From Convolutriloba macropyga (lineage: Eukaryota), in contig NC_134471.1 of assembly GCF_964194025.1 (NCBI RefSeq), forward strand, positions 58,218,001 to 58,282,000: a DNA stretch of 64,000 nucleotides. The letters are read 5' to 3'. The notes under the pieces were generated by a model that saw only the letters and a program-made list of their open reading frames with translations, made no database searches and was not told the DNA's origin. Shown piece after piece: positions 1 through 12,010 of the stretch (within the stretch, counting starts at the first letter, position 1; each line of letters opens with the position of its first letter). Made by a program: the position numbers and the translations under genes.

Positions 1-2439
1 AACGATTTGCTGTATGGTTGTATGAACTATGGCGGCTTTTGTTGGTATTTTTACTCGTCGAAGAGATACCATCAAATAAATTGAGGACACGCCAATCGCA
101 TCATTATCAGCTGTTTAACGGTGTTTTATGTTGTTCCCCCTTGAGTTTCTTTCTTGCATCTATAGCGTGTTTATTTTTGTCTTCACTTGTTTTTGTCTAG
201 TGTTGTCTCATTCCTCTTTGGTCCCATATTTTGCAAGGTCAGAATTTTGAACTTGCGATTTTGGTCGTCTTGATTTATTGTTACTGAAGTTTGGTCGTCC
301 GTCTCTAACACTGTAGAACCTGATGCTAAGACGTCGTAGAAGTCCTGGAGACTCTTTTTAGGACGTTTACTTTTTCATCGCTTCAGAGCCAATTTCAGTT
401 CCAGTGGCTCTTCTGTTCGGGGCAAAGGCGCTTCTTTTTCAGAGAGTTTTATTATCCTTAATCCGCAAGCGGATGATTATCTTGTATTTGACCATAACTT
501 TGAGTTGCTTTTATCCATTTTTTTTGATCTCGTCAACTCGTCTTTCAGTCTGTTTGCAATTGTCTTCTGGCATCAGTTCATCCCATCTGAATAACTTCGG
601 TTCTGAATAATTAAATAGAATCGTTTGAAAGACAATTGCTCAGATTATGAGACCTAATTATACTGATTTAGGGCGTGTTTTAGTTTCAGCGTTTGGTTGT
701 CCCTTCAACTATACCTATTGCTATATGATTGTGATTTGTTCAATATTTTCTATTACAAAATGCTTGTTTACTTGTCCAGCTTGACACCTTGCTTGATCAA
801 AGCTTTTTGTGCGTGGAGCTTTTTTGTGCATGTACAAAAATAAGGCTGCGAATAAATTCTGCATGCTGGTGGCATTTGCTCTATGAAATATTTCGTCTGA
901 TTGGAAGAGCATAGAAAATCTATAAATTCTTGCAAGGAAAAATTTTTTTGATTTCTTTCATTAAATTTTGGTCCACCAAAATCTACCTGCATTTCCTTAT
1001 TCGGTACTCAAAATTTAAAAGGCTCCATTTTTTCAACGGTATTATAGGTTTGAAGTTTTCACTTTTTTTCACAGAGGGCCCACGTGGTTTGTCTTTGTCA
1101 ATATATCCTTATTCATAGACGTGCACCGCCATATCAGTCATGCCTCAGGACCCCGGATGGATCCTGTAGATGGCACTTAATATTTCATATTTCATATTTC
1201 ATAGATTTTAGGTCTGCAATCCTATCATCCACAAACACACTCATTTAACATGAAGGTCCCCCAGAAGCTGGACTTATCGACGTCTGAAGTCAGAACGACT
1301 AGGAGTGTCTATGAGAAAATTTTCGAAAGCGCTAAGTTGAATTCGTCCCAAAAAGCACTTGTTGTGGGTTTATCATTTGCGAAGCCTGTTCCACCTGTAG
1401 CTGCTGTTGACTGAGTCGACGCAATTTATGGCGCAGTTTACGGCCTGCTTCGTCGCTGAAGCGTGCTTTTGCGGGTGCTAACTGCTGATTCCATTTGAGA
1501 ATAATAGATTTTTTTGTAACTTGTTGATTTTAAATCTAACTGTTGTGTTATGAGAGTTGTGGGAAAAGCAATCACTACTTAGTGCTGTATCAGCACTATT
1601 TACGTCGTTGGAATTTTTGGCATTCCTCGTTGTATCAAATGCGTGTCTGCCTTAACACTTGATCTTGTAACTGGACTCTGCAAAACGAGATACATATTTT
1701 CAGCGCATTCTGGTTTTGTTTTGACTTACTTTTATCCTAATTTACTTTATTTTGAGGAGCAAATTTACAGTGTTTCCATTTACTCAGCAGAAACTGCTGT
1801 TTAAAGCAACGTCTGATTTAGACAGTTGTTGATAAAATTAACTCTTTATCATATTTTGAAATATTTACAGTGCCTTGTTGCGGCTCACGTGAAGTGTAGT
1901 CAGCTGGAACCAATTTGTGAGGCCGGAAATTGATCTATTGCAAAGTTAAACTGTATATTTCTATCTATCCTACGTTAGACTTGTCAGACCTATGGTCACG
2001 CATAATTGAAATTAAATTTCTGTGGTGAAATGTAACTAAAACTGGTTAATCCTATAGTTTTATATGCGTTAAATCGCCCACACTACTTCTAAGCGTTCTA
2101 ATTCAATGATATTATTCAAGAATTGCGACCCGAAAGCCAAAATTTGCCGGATCTCAATAGCTTGGGTTATCTTTTATTAATAGCCGTCCTCATCATCTCA
2201 GCCGGCTATAATAGCGCTCCTATTTTTACAATTCAAAGAATTTGAATTGTATTGGGGCGCTGTCTTTTTTTTTAAGAACTGTTCACACATTTTCATGATT
2301 TTTGAAGTCAAATTGGAGTAGTGATTTTGGTCACGCCGAAACAGGAAATGGAGCGAAAAAGTGAGTGGTTTTGCGGCGTGAATTTTTTTCGCTCTAATTT
2401 TAAAGTAGAGTGAGAAAACGGTGTTTGAACAAAAATTCG

Positions 2440-2735
2440 GTTTCTCGGTAGTGGTTTTTTGTTCACATGCAGCAATTTAACTCTGATTTTTACTGTTTTT
2501 TCAATTTTCTGGATCGGATTTTTTTCTAAATGGTTTTCCCAATCCATTCACAGCTCATTCTAGGCCTAGTTTTTTTTTGTTTGAATTAAATTTTCATTTC
2601 TCGCTAGTGGTTTTTTTGTTCACATGCGGCTGACATTGATTTTCTGTTTTTTTTTCTTATTTTTTGATCTGATTTTTTAAAATGGTTTTTTCAATTCACT
2701 CATAGTCCATTCTAGGTCTAGTTTTTCTGTTTAGT
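2440..2735. repeat. Diverged ~155-bp tandem duplication
   Basis: tagtggttttttgttcacatgc...aaatggtttt...cattctagg(c/t)ctagttttt occurs at ~2449-2575 and ~2605-2730. Confidence 0.7.
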
Positions 2736-4066
2736 CAATGAAAATTCTTTGAATTGTGCGTCAGGACTTGTCCTGCTATGTTTTTTACTTCGTCGAACTT
2801 TTTTTCGCTTTACCATTTTGCCGCTTTTTCAGCATTTTGCGTGAAATCTTTTTGACTTCTCTAGACTAGTTTCTTTCTTCTCCCATTCTGCTAAAAGTGA
2901 ACTTGAACATCAGTTGCTCAGCAAAGCAATTCAAAATGAACAGAGTCAGAATAAAAAATTGAAGTCAGAAATAGAAACGGGATAAACCCATAAAGCCCAA
3001 TTTTAGATGCCCGCTATTTGAACGTCGTTCCTATAAGTCTTAGTTACCATCTCTTATGCTTATTGGTATTGATAGTAGCCCCTGTAGCCTCTCTCTAAGA
3101 AACAGAAGTATGTTCAACTACGAAATGCCATCAAAATAAATCGGACTTAAAAAATGTTTTTGTACAAAAATCTTTTTTTTTCGATATTTTCTATTCTTTC
3201 AATCCCAATCATGCTTATTGAAATCAACGGCGGCTATTTTCCGGTTATTTCTTGGAAAAAACTTTTGTGATTGTCTGTCCAACCAAAACCTCGTACTTTA
3301 GAAAATAAAGAAAACAGTTGAAAGAGATTAGGACCGTTTTGTTGACCAGTGGTTTGATGCCCGTCTGCCATTTTTGTGAAGCAACTCTTTTTTCGATCAT
3401 CAAAGAGTTCTATTTCAAAATAATTGGAATATATTATTGAAACGTAGCTGTTGTCTGAAACACTATAATTTGACTCAATATATTCATTTAGATTTCACAT
3501 TTGCATGCGTTTGCGTCTTGTGTCTGACGAGCGTTAACTACTCAATTTAGTTGAGGATTACTTCGGTTATCAATTAAATTTTTTCGACATACCTTATTAA
3601 AATTTTCTAGGTCTCATTTTCTGCACTTGTTATTTGGTCTGCAGTAGTAATCGCTTTTCTTTTGCTGTCTTTGTGGGGTTTTCGCTCTACAAAATCTGTT
3701 ATTGAACTGAATTGCAGATAAGCTGCTCGTGTTGTTGATTGTTATTTGTTGTTGACTGCAATGTTTAGAATTTTTGGTTCTATTGTGTCACATAGCTGTT
3801 CGTTTTGTACATCATCGTCTGGCATATTTGTTATTCATATTTTTTTCAATACTTCAGGTTAGTAATCTTTAAAATTGAAATTGCGAGTCAACACTTTGAG
3901 AACGCTGTAAAAGTGCTCTATTGTCTCAAGTTTCTTCTGCTTCCAAGAAAAACGATCGAATCCATCAAATGTCTTGTTTCTAGGCCAGATGAGCATGTTC
4001 CAAGATTTTTTGTCAATTGGTATTGATCCTGATGGGAAAATATTTGAGAAAGGATACGTCCTCCTT

Positions 4067-4197
4067 AGTAGTGGATAAAACAGGGATACCAACCACCAGT
4101 AAAATTTGACCTTTTCTCCTAACGCTAATCCCGCATGTCGAATCGGGCCAAATTTTACTGCTTGTTGCTATCCCTGTTTTATCCACTACTACATATT
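4067..4197 (+). repeat. Left terminal inverted repeat; 4067-4190 is itself a palindrome
   Basis: Reverse complement of 18966-19096 with 2 mismatches. 4067-4111 pairs with 4146-4190 at 41/45 positions around a 34-nt spacer. Confidence 0.95.
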
Positions 4198-5152
4198 ACC
4201 TTTATATTCACTCAAAATCTATCCTTTCTTGTCTCACTTAGTGCAAACCACTAGTGTCGAGTTAAGCTGGTAATTAACTGTTATCAGACGGATAGTTTGG
4301 GTTCTATAGACCTTCGGTCATGCTTCGCCATCCCCACTGACTCCAGTGGCCGTCCCCAGATACTAGTATAAAGCTAGTCAGACCGTGTAACAAGCACGTA
4401 AAACCAACTTGCGAAAATTGGTGTAACCACTTCGTGGATAACTTGAACAAAAAAGAAAACTTGAACAGAAACTGAAAGAAATATTAAAATAATAAAAAAT
4501 AATACATCCCCCAATCAAAATTTAATCAATCTAAAACTAAAATTTTCTGTCTCACTTGGCGTAGGGGTTAAATCATCGAGTCTAGTTAAGTTGCTTTAGC
4601 AAACGGAAGGTTTGGGGTTCCTTCCTCACTATCTCCAGTGAACGTCCCCCGATTTGATGAATTGCTATAAAACTGAGTGAGATAAATAAACCAAATTCAC
4701 AGTTCTTAAAAAGGATGATCCCTGCTGTGAGACTGTATATTGGACACACTGTGATGGGTATACAGTTCAAAACACTGAGGTCGGTGGAAGCACAGTGATC
4801 CGTGTTTTTCAGTATAACCTGAATAAAAAAACCAGCTTAAATCTTTTATAAATTTTAAATTTTGCTAATATTTATATAATATTAAGATCCTTGCTAATTA
4901 AGCTAAAACCCAAAGTAATAGCAAAATTTAATAGTTTATTAAAAAATAAAGCAAATTTCAAAATAAGAGCGAAATCCTTTTTTTAAGCGCGAATCACTCT
5001 TTAAGAGCAAAATCGCCCCTATCGGAGTGATGTCCCAGTACAAAATCACTATCTATCGCGCTTAAAGAGTGATTTCCCTCTTCTTTAGATAACTCTTAAA
5101 GTTATCTAAATTTTTAAATAAATTTTTATTTTTTTTCCTTTTCTTTATTTTT

Positions 5153-5731
5153 TTATTTTAAATTATCTATACTCTTCAATAAATTTATATTCTCTTTTAC
5201 TTTTTCTATATTTATTCCATTATTAAAAAGAAATGATACAAAATTATAATTTTTACACGAACAACTTTCCCCAGTTTGGGTAATAGCTCTTCGAGGATTT
5301 AAATTTCTACTAAATCCTATAGTTAATTCTACATCTGGAGGTTGTTTCTTTACATGAGCTCTTATTCCATCATATCTCACAACAGAAGGACAATATAGAC
5401 AAATAACTTTAGCTAAAGTACAATTTCTACACGTATACTTACTCTCATCAAAATCAGTTAGCGGTTTTACAGAATTACATGTATTACAATTTCTAGTTAA
5501 GACTTTGGTGTTAAAGTTAGAGTAAGAGTAAGAGTTAGAGATTGAGTTAGTGTTATAGCTAGAGTTGAAGTTAGAGTTTGAATTATAGTTAGAGTTAGAG
5601 TTAGAGCTAACGCTAGAGTTATAGTTAGAGCAAGAGTTAGAGTTAGAGATAGAGTTAGAGTTAGGGTAAGAGTTAATACTAAAGCTAGAGTTATATCCAG
5701 ATTCATCTTTAAAAGAACAACCAGTTTTCAT
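5153..5731 (-). CDS. Polinton accessory protein: Ser/Asn low-complexity N-terminus plus Cys-rich (Zn-binding) C-terminus
   Basis: 192-aa ORF; (SN)n tract encoded by a TTAGAG-type hexamer repeat; CxxC pairs (CNTC, CRNC, CLYC) and a downstream His. Confidence 0.55.
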   Translation of the reverse strand: MKTGCSFKDESGYNSSFSINSYPNSNSISNSNSCSNYNSSVSSNSNSNYNSNSNFNSSYNTNSISNSYSYSNFNTKVLTRNCNTCNSVKPLTDFDESKYTCRNCTLAKVICLYCPSVVRYDGIRAHVKKQPPDVELTIGFSRNLNPRRAITQTGESCSCKNYNFVSFLFNNGINIEKVKENINLLKSIDNLK

Positions 5732-5880
5732 ACAAATACTACTTATTGTTTTAGCACCACATGCACATTTACTAATTTTGTCTTCATGATATATTGAATA
5801 ATGAAAAGCTAAATTAAAAGGGAATCCACACTTATGACTACACTCTTAACATTTTATAACCATTTATAATTGGCCAAATT

Positions 5881-7356
5881 TCAATTACACCCAACATATT
5901 TAGCCAAGATATCAGTTACATCTCTAGTATTATCTTTAGACGCGACAAACTCTGTTAAAAATTTCTTCCCCGTCGTATTGAGTGTATTAGTTTTATATCT
6001 TCTATCTAAAATCACTTCAAGGTCTAATTCCGTTCTTTCTCTAACAAAATTTATAATTTCATCTCTAATTTCTTCATTATTTCCATATAGTCTGTTTAAA
6101 TACCTTCGTCCCTCTTTATTTAAAATTCCAGTCTCTTTACTTATATACTCTCGTTTTAGCTTTTCGATAAACTGTTTTCTTTGCTCTTCTTCTCTGTATC
6201 CAAAATGGTGAAACATCTGCGAAGCAGTTCCACTGATGGACGAAGTCCCATTAACTAATGTACTTGCTATATTCAATATATTACTTGCACTCGTTGCCAC
6301 ATGTCCAGCAGTTTTTACTGTTGTGTCATGACTCATATAATTATATATCATGAAACATGTACCTATGACGCCTAAAATAGTTGATATTAATCTAAAACCA
6401 TCTGCTTTAATCATTTCTTTTGTTAAAACATCATTCTATATTTCAATACCTTTTAATGTAAGCAGTTTATTAAAGTAGAACTGATAATTATCATGATTAA
6501 TAGTATGTCTGTCTGTAGCATATATCGTGAGTGGTTTCATATATGCTATAAGATTATTTTTGTCTTCCCTTTCTAATTTATCTTTTAAACTCAGAGCTTT
6601 TAAATCATGGAAACCAACTCTCGAGTCATATATCATAGTTCTATTCTTATCACTAGTAATAAAAGTATTCTCTTTCCTATTATATTTAATTACACCATAA
6701 TGAAGTTCATCTGACATTCCGTCTGTACAATTAAAATGGTTACTATTTAACTCACTAATTATTTTAATGAAGTTATGTTCACATTTATATATTTCATTTA
6801 AATTTTTAAATATATCAGCTCCATTATAAGTTGTTAAATAAATAGTATCACAACTTGTTCTTGTTGTATTAATTATTTGGGCTGGTTTATGACACATTAC
6901 AATCATTTGAATATTATAATGTCTTCTTTCTGTGAAATAATAAGCTATATCCTTATTTAACTTATCACCCATATCATCAAGAACAATTAAACTATCTTTG
7001 AATTTAGACTTAATTTTTGATGTGATCATGTTTATATCGCATGTATTAAATCCATTATAAAACTCACCAGTCTCAAGATCTATCCAATCTCTATCATCTT
7101 TACATACAATGATTATATTTTTAGCTTGCTGTTGGTTTTGGTTTTGGTTCTGGTCTTGGTTTTGGTTTTGGTCTAAGTCTAACTTTAAATTTTGTCTAAT
7201 AAAATATGTTTTACCTGTTCCAGTTCCACCATAAACAATAGTATGTAATGGTGACTTTTCATATTCAAATCTAACTAGACTCCTATTCATAAATCCACCA
7301 AAGCTTTCCTCTAGTTTTGTATATTTTTTCGGTATTGAATCATATATTAAAAACAA
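5881..7356 (-). pseudogene. Packaging ATPase 1 (A32/FtsK-HerA-like) with long C-terminal extension, split by one in-frame TAG
   Basis: Walker A GGTGTGKT, Walker B LIVLDD, and the RHYNI motif in ORF 6436-7356. The stop at 6436-6438 is followed in frame by NDVLTKE and then ORF 5881-6414, which contains a hydrophobic segment (LISTILGVIGTCFMIY). Confidence 0.85.
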
Positions 7357-7424
7357 AATCCAATTATGGTAGTAAAAATTATAACTCGGCTACCTGTCTC
7401 CATTTTTATATTGATAATAATGCT

Positions 7425-7829
7425 ATGAGTGATATCACAATAAAAGATATCGGAAAAGATATAAGTCTAACACCAATTGAAATAGTGATGAGAGATCAAA
7501 CTCCAGATAACACAAGTGAACCTAACGTCAACATAATTGTAAACCTACATCCAACTGATGGTACACATCGGGTTTTAGTTATAAGAAGAGAAGGTGGTCC
7601 TGTGTATTACTTTGATAGTTTTGGTGTAGAATCCCCACCATTATTTTTAGAAGAATATGTTGATCTAGGCTCTAATGAGAGAATACAACAATATGATGAA
7701 TCGTATTGTGGGGCTTATTGTTTATATATGATCTATCTTATTGATAGAGGATTTAGAATTAACAAGGCTTTGAATATTCTAGTTAATCAATGTAAATATC
7801 CGGGAATATATAATGAGTGTTTTTTTTAG
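7425..7829 (+). CDS. Adenain-like (adenovirus-type) cysteine maturation protease
   Basis: GTH(R)V, YYFDSFG and IQ...CGAYC motifs give the His/Asp/Gln/Cys arrangement of adenain. The usual W after His is R here (CGG, probably from TGG). Confidence 0.9.
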   Translation: MSDITIKDIGKDISLTPIEIVMRDQTPDNTSEPNVNIIVNLHPTDGTHRVLVIRREGGPVYYFDSFGVESPPLFLEEYVDLGSNERIQQYDESYCGAYCLYMIYLIDRGFRINKALNILVNQCKYPGIYNECFF

Positions 7830-7834
7830 GTTGT

Positions 7835-8240
7835 AATGTTAATGATAAATATAATGTTAATGATAATGATAATGATAATGATAATGTTAATGTTNNNNNN
7901 NNNNNNNNNNNNNNNNNNNNNNNNNNNNNNNNNNNNNNNNNNNNNNNNNNNNNNNNNNNNNNNNNNNNNNNNNNNNNNNNNNNNNNNNNNNNNNNNNNNN
8001 NNNNNNNNNNNNNNNNNNNNNNNNNNNNNNNNNNNNNNNNNNNNNNNNNNNNNNNNNNNNNNNNNNNNNNNNNNNNNNNNNNNNNNNNNNNNNNNNNNNN
8101 NNNNNNNNNNNNNNNNNNNNNNNNNNNNNNNNNNNNNNNNAATGATAATATTAATGATAATGATTATGTTAATGATAATGATAATGATAATGATAATGTT
8201 AATGTTAATGATAATGATAATGTTAATGTTAATGATAATT
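7835..8240 (+). repeat. (AATGAT/AATGTT)n hexamer microsatellite encoding (Asn-Asp/Val)n; spans the assembly gap
   Basis: Directly visible on both sides of the N run (7895-8140). Confidence 0.9.
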
Positions 8241-8379
8241 TTATATATCTATTTGATGAAAAACATCAAAGGGGTAAACCTAACAACAAAGAATATCCGC
8301 GAACAGACTCCGTCTGTGGTAAACCAAGCGGTTTTTCCGATCTTAGTAACAATATCTCTGTAAGCATAAATGAAGATCT

Positions 8380-9023
8380 ACAATCATGGCTAAATGATGA
8401 TAACATAATTACTGAAGCTACACTCCGAGAGAACTTTAGATGTATAATATCTGGTCCTAATGAATGTGGTAAGACATTCTTATTATAAAAAACTAATTCT
8501 GGCTAGAATATACTTTGATAATCTATGCATCATTGGTCCTACTGGTGATCAATATGAAGGTGTAGAGAGAATAAACGATAAAGCAGATGTTGAGTTTGTT
8601 AAAGATATAAAAGGTTTACCCTCTCCCAATCAACTACCAAAAGATTTAAAGAAACTATTGATATTCGATGATGTTAGAGCCAAAGAACCAGTTATTAATG
8701 AATACTTTTGTAGGGGTAGACATAACAATTGTAATATGATATAACTTAATCAAAATCTATTCACAATAGATAGACAGAGTGTTAGAGAGAATTTTAATCT
8801 ATTTATTTTATTTGAACACAGAGGTAAAGTCCTCATATCTATATATCAAGATTTCTTTAATAATGTTGAACTTAGTTATAATGATTTTGCTAATATATGT
8901 AATAAGGTATGGAAAGAGGTAATTATATTATGGTAATCTTTTAATTACATTGTCATTGATATAGCTAAAAAGAAAAATATTAATGGTAAACTAAGAATTA
9001 ATTGGGACCGGAGAGTTTTGTAG
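8380..9023 (+). pseudogene. Packaging ATPase 2 (A32/FtsK-HerA-like), frameshifted
   Basis: Walker A SGPNECGKT; after a frameshift near 8485, Walker B LLIFDD, GRHNN, then *LNQNLFTIDRQSVREN...KLRINWD, ending at TAG 9021-9023. Confidence 0.88.
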
Positions 9024-9073
9024 TTTAGTTTAAGTTTAAGTTTATATCTCGACTAGATCAACGAAGTTGCTGG

Positions 9074-9815
9074 TTACACCAGATGTAAAGTAAAACTTAA
9101 TACATCACCATTAAAGTCTATAGGTCTTCCATGCTCATCTTTAATATGAAACTCTATATATTCTATTCTATCTTTAGTTACATTTTGATAAAAAGATATT
9201 AGTTGGTATAATATTTATCAAGTAACCTGGTGGTTTGGTTAGGGTAAAAGTATTTAGTATGTCTGTGTTATTCCCATTATCTTTAACACCAGATATCACA
9301 TTACAATGAATGTTAATAGCACTAAAATCCATAATATCAACAATTTTCTGAGATGTATATTTACCTTGTTCATATACTATTTTTCTAAAGCCCAGTAATG
9401 GGGCTATTGAATTTTCTATGTCAAAGTTAATTACACCTTGTTTTATTTCCATTAAACTTTTCATTGTACTCTTATCAGGTTCTATTATAACATTACCATT
9501 AGTTTCTCCTTTTATTAATTCTGCTATTTCGATTAATTCATATGCACCTGGTATAACAGCTAAAATACGGGTCTTTGATCATGTTTCACCTTGGGTATCA
9601 TATAAAAATTGATTGTTCCTTCTATTCACATTAAACACCAAATTATAAACAGATAATCTAATTAAACCTAATTTTGATGAGTTAAGTATAGGTTAACTAA
9701 GAGTAAACTTTTCTGTTGGCTTTATCATTCTAAAGTTAAGTGTATGCTCTTCTTTAGTTTTAGTTAGAGTTTCATGTATCTTTTGTAGTTCATATAGAAT
9801 TAAATTGTCTGTCAA
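9074..9815 (-). pseudogene. Minor capsid protein (penton-like, single jelly-roll)
   Basis: Reconstructed LSVYNLVFNV..NNQF, PGAYEL, SIAPLLGF, INIHCNVI and C-terminal IKDEHGRPIDFNG...TLHL motifs typical of Polinton/adintovirus mCP. Start decayed to TTG; stops and frameshifts present. Confidence 0.8.
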
Positions 9816-9932
9816 TTTTTTTTAAATATTAGATTATATTTATAGTTATGATTACAGCTTCGGTTATAGTTATACCTATAGTTATAATTATGGTTATAGT
9901 TATAGTTGAAGTTAAATTTTTGGATTATAAAA

Positions 9933-11175
9933 ATGAACTTTAATTTGGATACAAATTAATGTTATAATAATGATATACAAAAATTAGGATTATAAAATAT
10001 AAACCTAATAAACTAGCAACAATGAATACTGTTAATACTAATATTAATATCATACTCAGTAGAGAAGAGAATCATTTAAATTTGCGTGATTCGTATCTGG
10101 AGATAGAGTTTGTTGTATCAGATGATGCTGGTGGTGTATTTGCTAATAATGCTAATATCAGATTAGTTAATTATGGTATGATGGCATTGTTTAGTTCAGT
10201 TAAACTTGAAACTAGTGGTGGTAGGACTAATGAATATAGAGATCCTTGTCATCTGAATCTATTGATGGATATGTTATTAACTAGTATTGATGATGAATAT
10301 GAGAGTGGTTTTGTTAGAGATCAAGGCAATAGAGATAGTCAACTTAAAGGTGACCATATTGCTGCAGAACAAAGTCATATATATATGATGATTAAGGTGA
10401 GTGATCTATTTGGTTTTGTAAATGATTTAGAAAAGATTATGAATGGTTCAGGATTTAAACTATTATTTTAAAAAAATAATAATGATAGAGCTCTATTTAC
10501 AGTTAATGCCGGTGCTGATGCAGTTTGTAATGATGGTAATTTAGATATTAGAGATATATCATGGTGTGTGATCAGTATTGATCCTGGTAATGACAATAGA
10601 ATTATTGTACAAAAGGGTTGAAGTAAAAAGAATATTGTAGACTTTAGCTATTATGAAAGAAAGACGTTTTATAAGAGTGTACCCAATGCTAGTAGCTTCT
10701 TGTTTGATCTAGGTATGGAAAGTGGTATGGAAAGACCACAATATATAATAGTATGTTTTGAAAATAATAATGTTAATGAACAAACTCATGATGCCGTACA
10801 TTTGATAAAATGAATGTTACTGAAAGTTATTGTAAGATTGGTAGTGAGTTTTATCCCGAGGTTTGAATGAATATTGATTATGGTACTAATAATTATAATG
10901 AGGCTTTTAAACAGATTATCATCTTTAATAAAGATTATACTGGGCTGCCACATAATATAAAACCATATATAAATCATAGAATATTCAAAGATAATTATAA
11001 AATATATGTATTCGATACTAGATATCAAAATGATCATATAGATCCACAACTAATACAACTTAATTTTAAAATTAGTGCTGCAGTTGCCGATGTTATATGT
11101 CATGCATTATTATTAACCAGAAAGGTTATTAGTACTAATAGTGAAGGTAATAAGATAGTTGATATAGTCTCGTAG
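9933..11175 (+). pseudogene. Major capsid protein (hexon-like, double jelly-roll)
   Basis: ORFs 10022-10471 and 10867-11175 plus intervening frames: DSYLEIEF, ALFSSVKLETSGG, ERPQYIIV, GSEFYP, NYNEAF, YKIYVFD. About 410 codons, divergent from the mCP gene. Confidence 0.8.
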
Positions 11176-11569
11176 AGTCTAACAGCCGGAGGCTTATTAT
11201 ATCTTAGGCCTAGTTATAGTCATGGTCATTGTTATCTGCGAAGCAGTTCATGATAGTCATCGTTATGATTATGGTGAAACATTGGCGAAGCCCAATAGAC
11301 ATAGTTATGGTGAAACATGGGCAAAACCCCATAGCTCTAAACTATTTCTTACATGTCTTAACAAAACCCTTAGCATAAATAATATCTAATTTCTTTTTAT
11401 TCTCTAGAGATAGGACTCCGTTCATGCTACGCCATCGGCCCTTAGGTTCAAGTTTTGTCTTAGGCTTAGTCTTCGAGCTTCGCTCGCGGGTGGAACCCGT
11501 AGTCTTAGGGTTAGGTTTAACAACAAAAGTATTCTACTTTTTAGCTTCCAATTTTTTTTATATATAGAA

Positions 11570-12010
11570 AAGAGTCTTTTACAGAAATTCAAAACTAATT
11601 CATATTGTGTTGGTGGTAGACATTATAGAGGTACTAATAACATAAGAAGTTTTATCGGGGAACCCCATTCACGGATTACTTCAAAAGGTACTAAGATGTT
11701 AAAGGGTAATTTTGTTAAGTGTAAGAGAAATAAGTCAATGACTGTTAGTGATGCAACAATAGAAGCAGAGGGATTGGAAGATTTCTTTAAAAGTGTTGGT
11801 AAAGCTAAGGCTAACTTTAGAAAGAAGGTTGATGATAATCCAGTAAGAGCATTAGAAATAGCAATTAAAATAGGAAGTGTGGCTGCATCTAGAAACCCTA
11901 GAGCTGCTTTATCAGCCACACTTCATTTAATTGAATTTGCAACTACTGGTGAAGGTATAAAGGTAGTACAAAAAGGAAGAGGGTTATACTTAGGTACAAA
12001 GAAAAGATAA
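11570..12010 (+). pseudogene. Small basic virion/core-like protein with Zn-ribbon-like N-terminus and GxG(L) putative protease sites
   Basis: In-frame upstream extension (YCVGGRH...KC) of ORF 11696-12010; AEGL, GEGI and GRGLYL motifs; probable start ATG decayed to AAG. Confidence 0.55.

Noticed and set aside
1-4060. Short ORFs and possible decayed coding sequence, continuing at 19103-19900
   Set aside because: No recognisable motifs; possibly an old element interrupted by the Polinton, but it cannot be classified by eye.
4791-4833. RSS-like CACAGTG...AAAAAAACC
   Set aside because: The spacer is 27 bp, not 12 or 23, and there is no RAG/Transib context.
5513-5695. Interstitial telomere
   Set aside because: Mostly degenerate TTAGAG with a single TTAGGG, inside an ORF, and one of several hexamer tracts in the element.
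7836-8363. Met/Ile-rich ORF, and the LT-repeat ORF at 5497-5706
   Set aside because: Alternative-frame readings of hexamer microsatellites and the N-gap.
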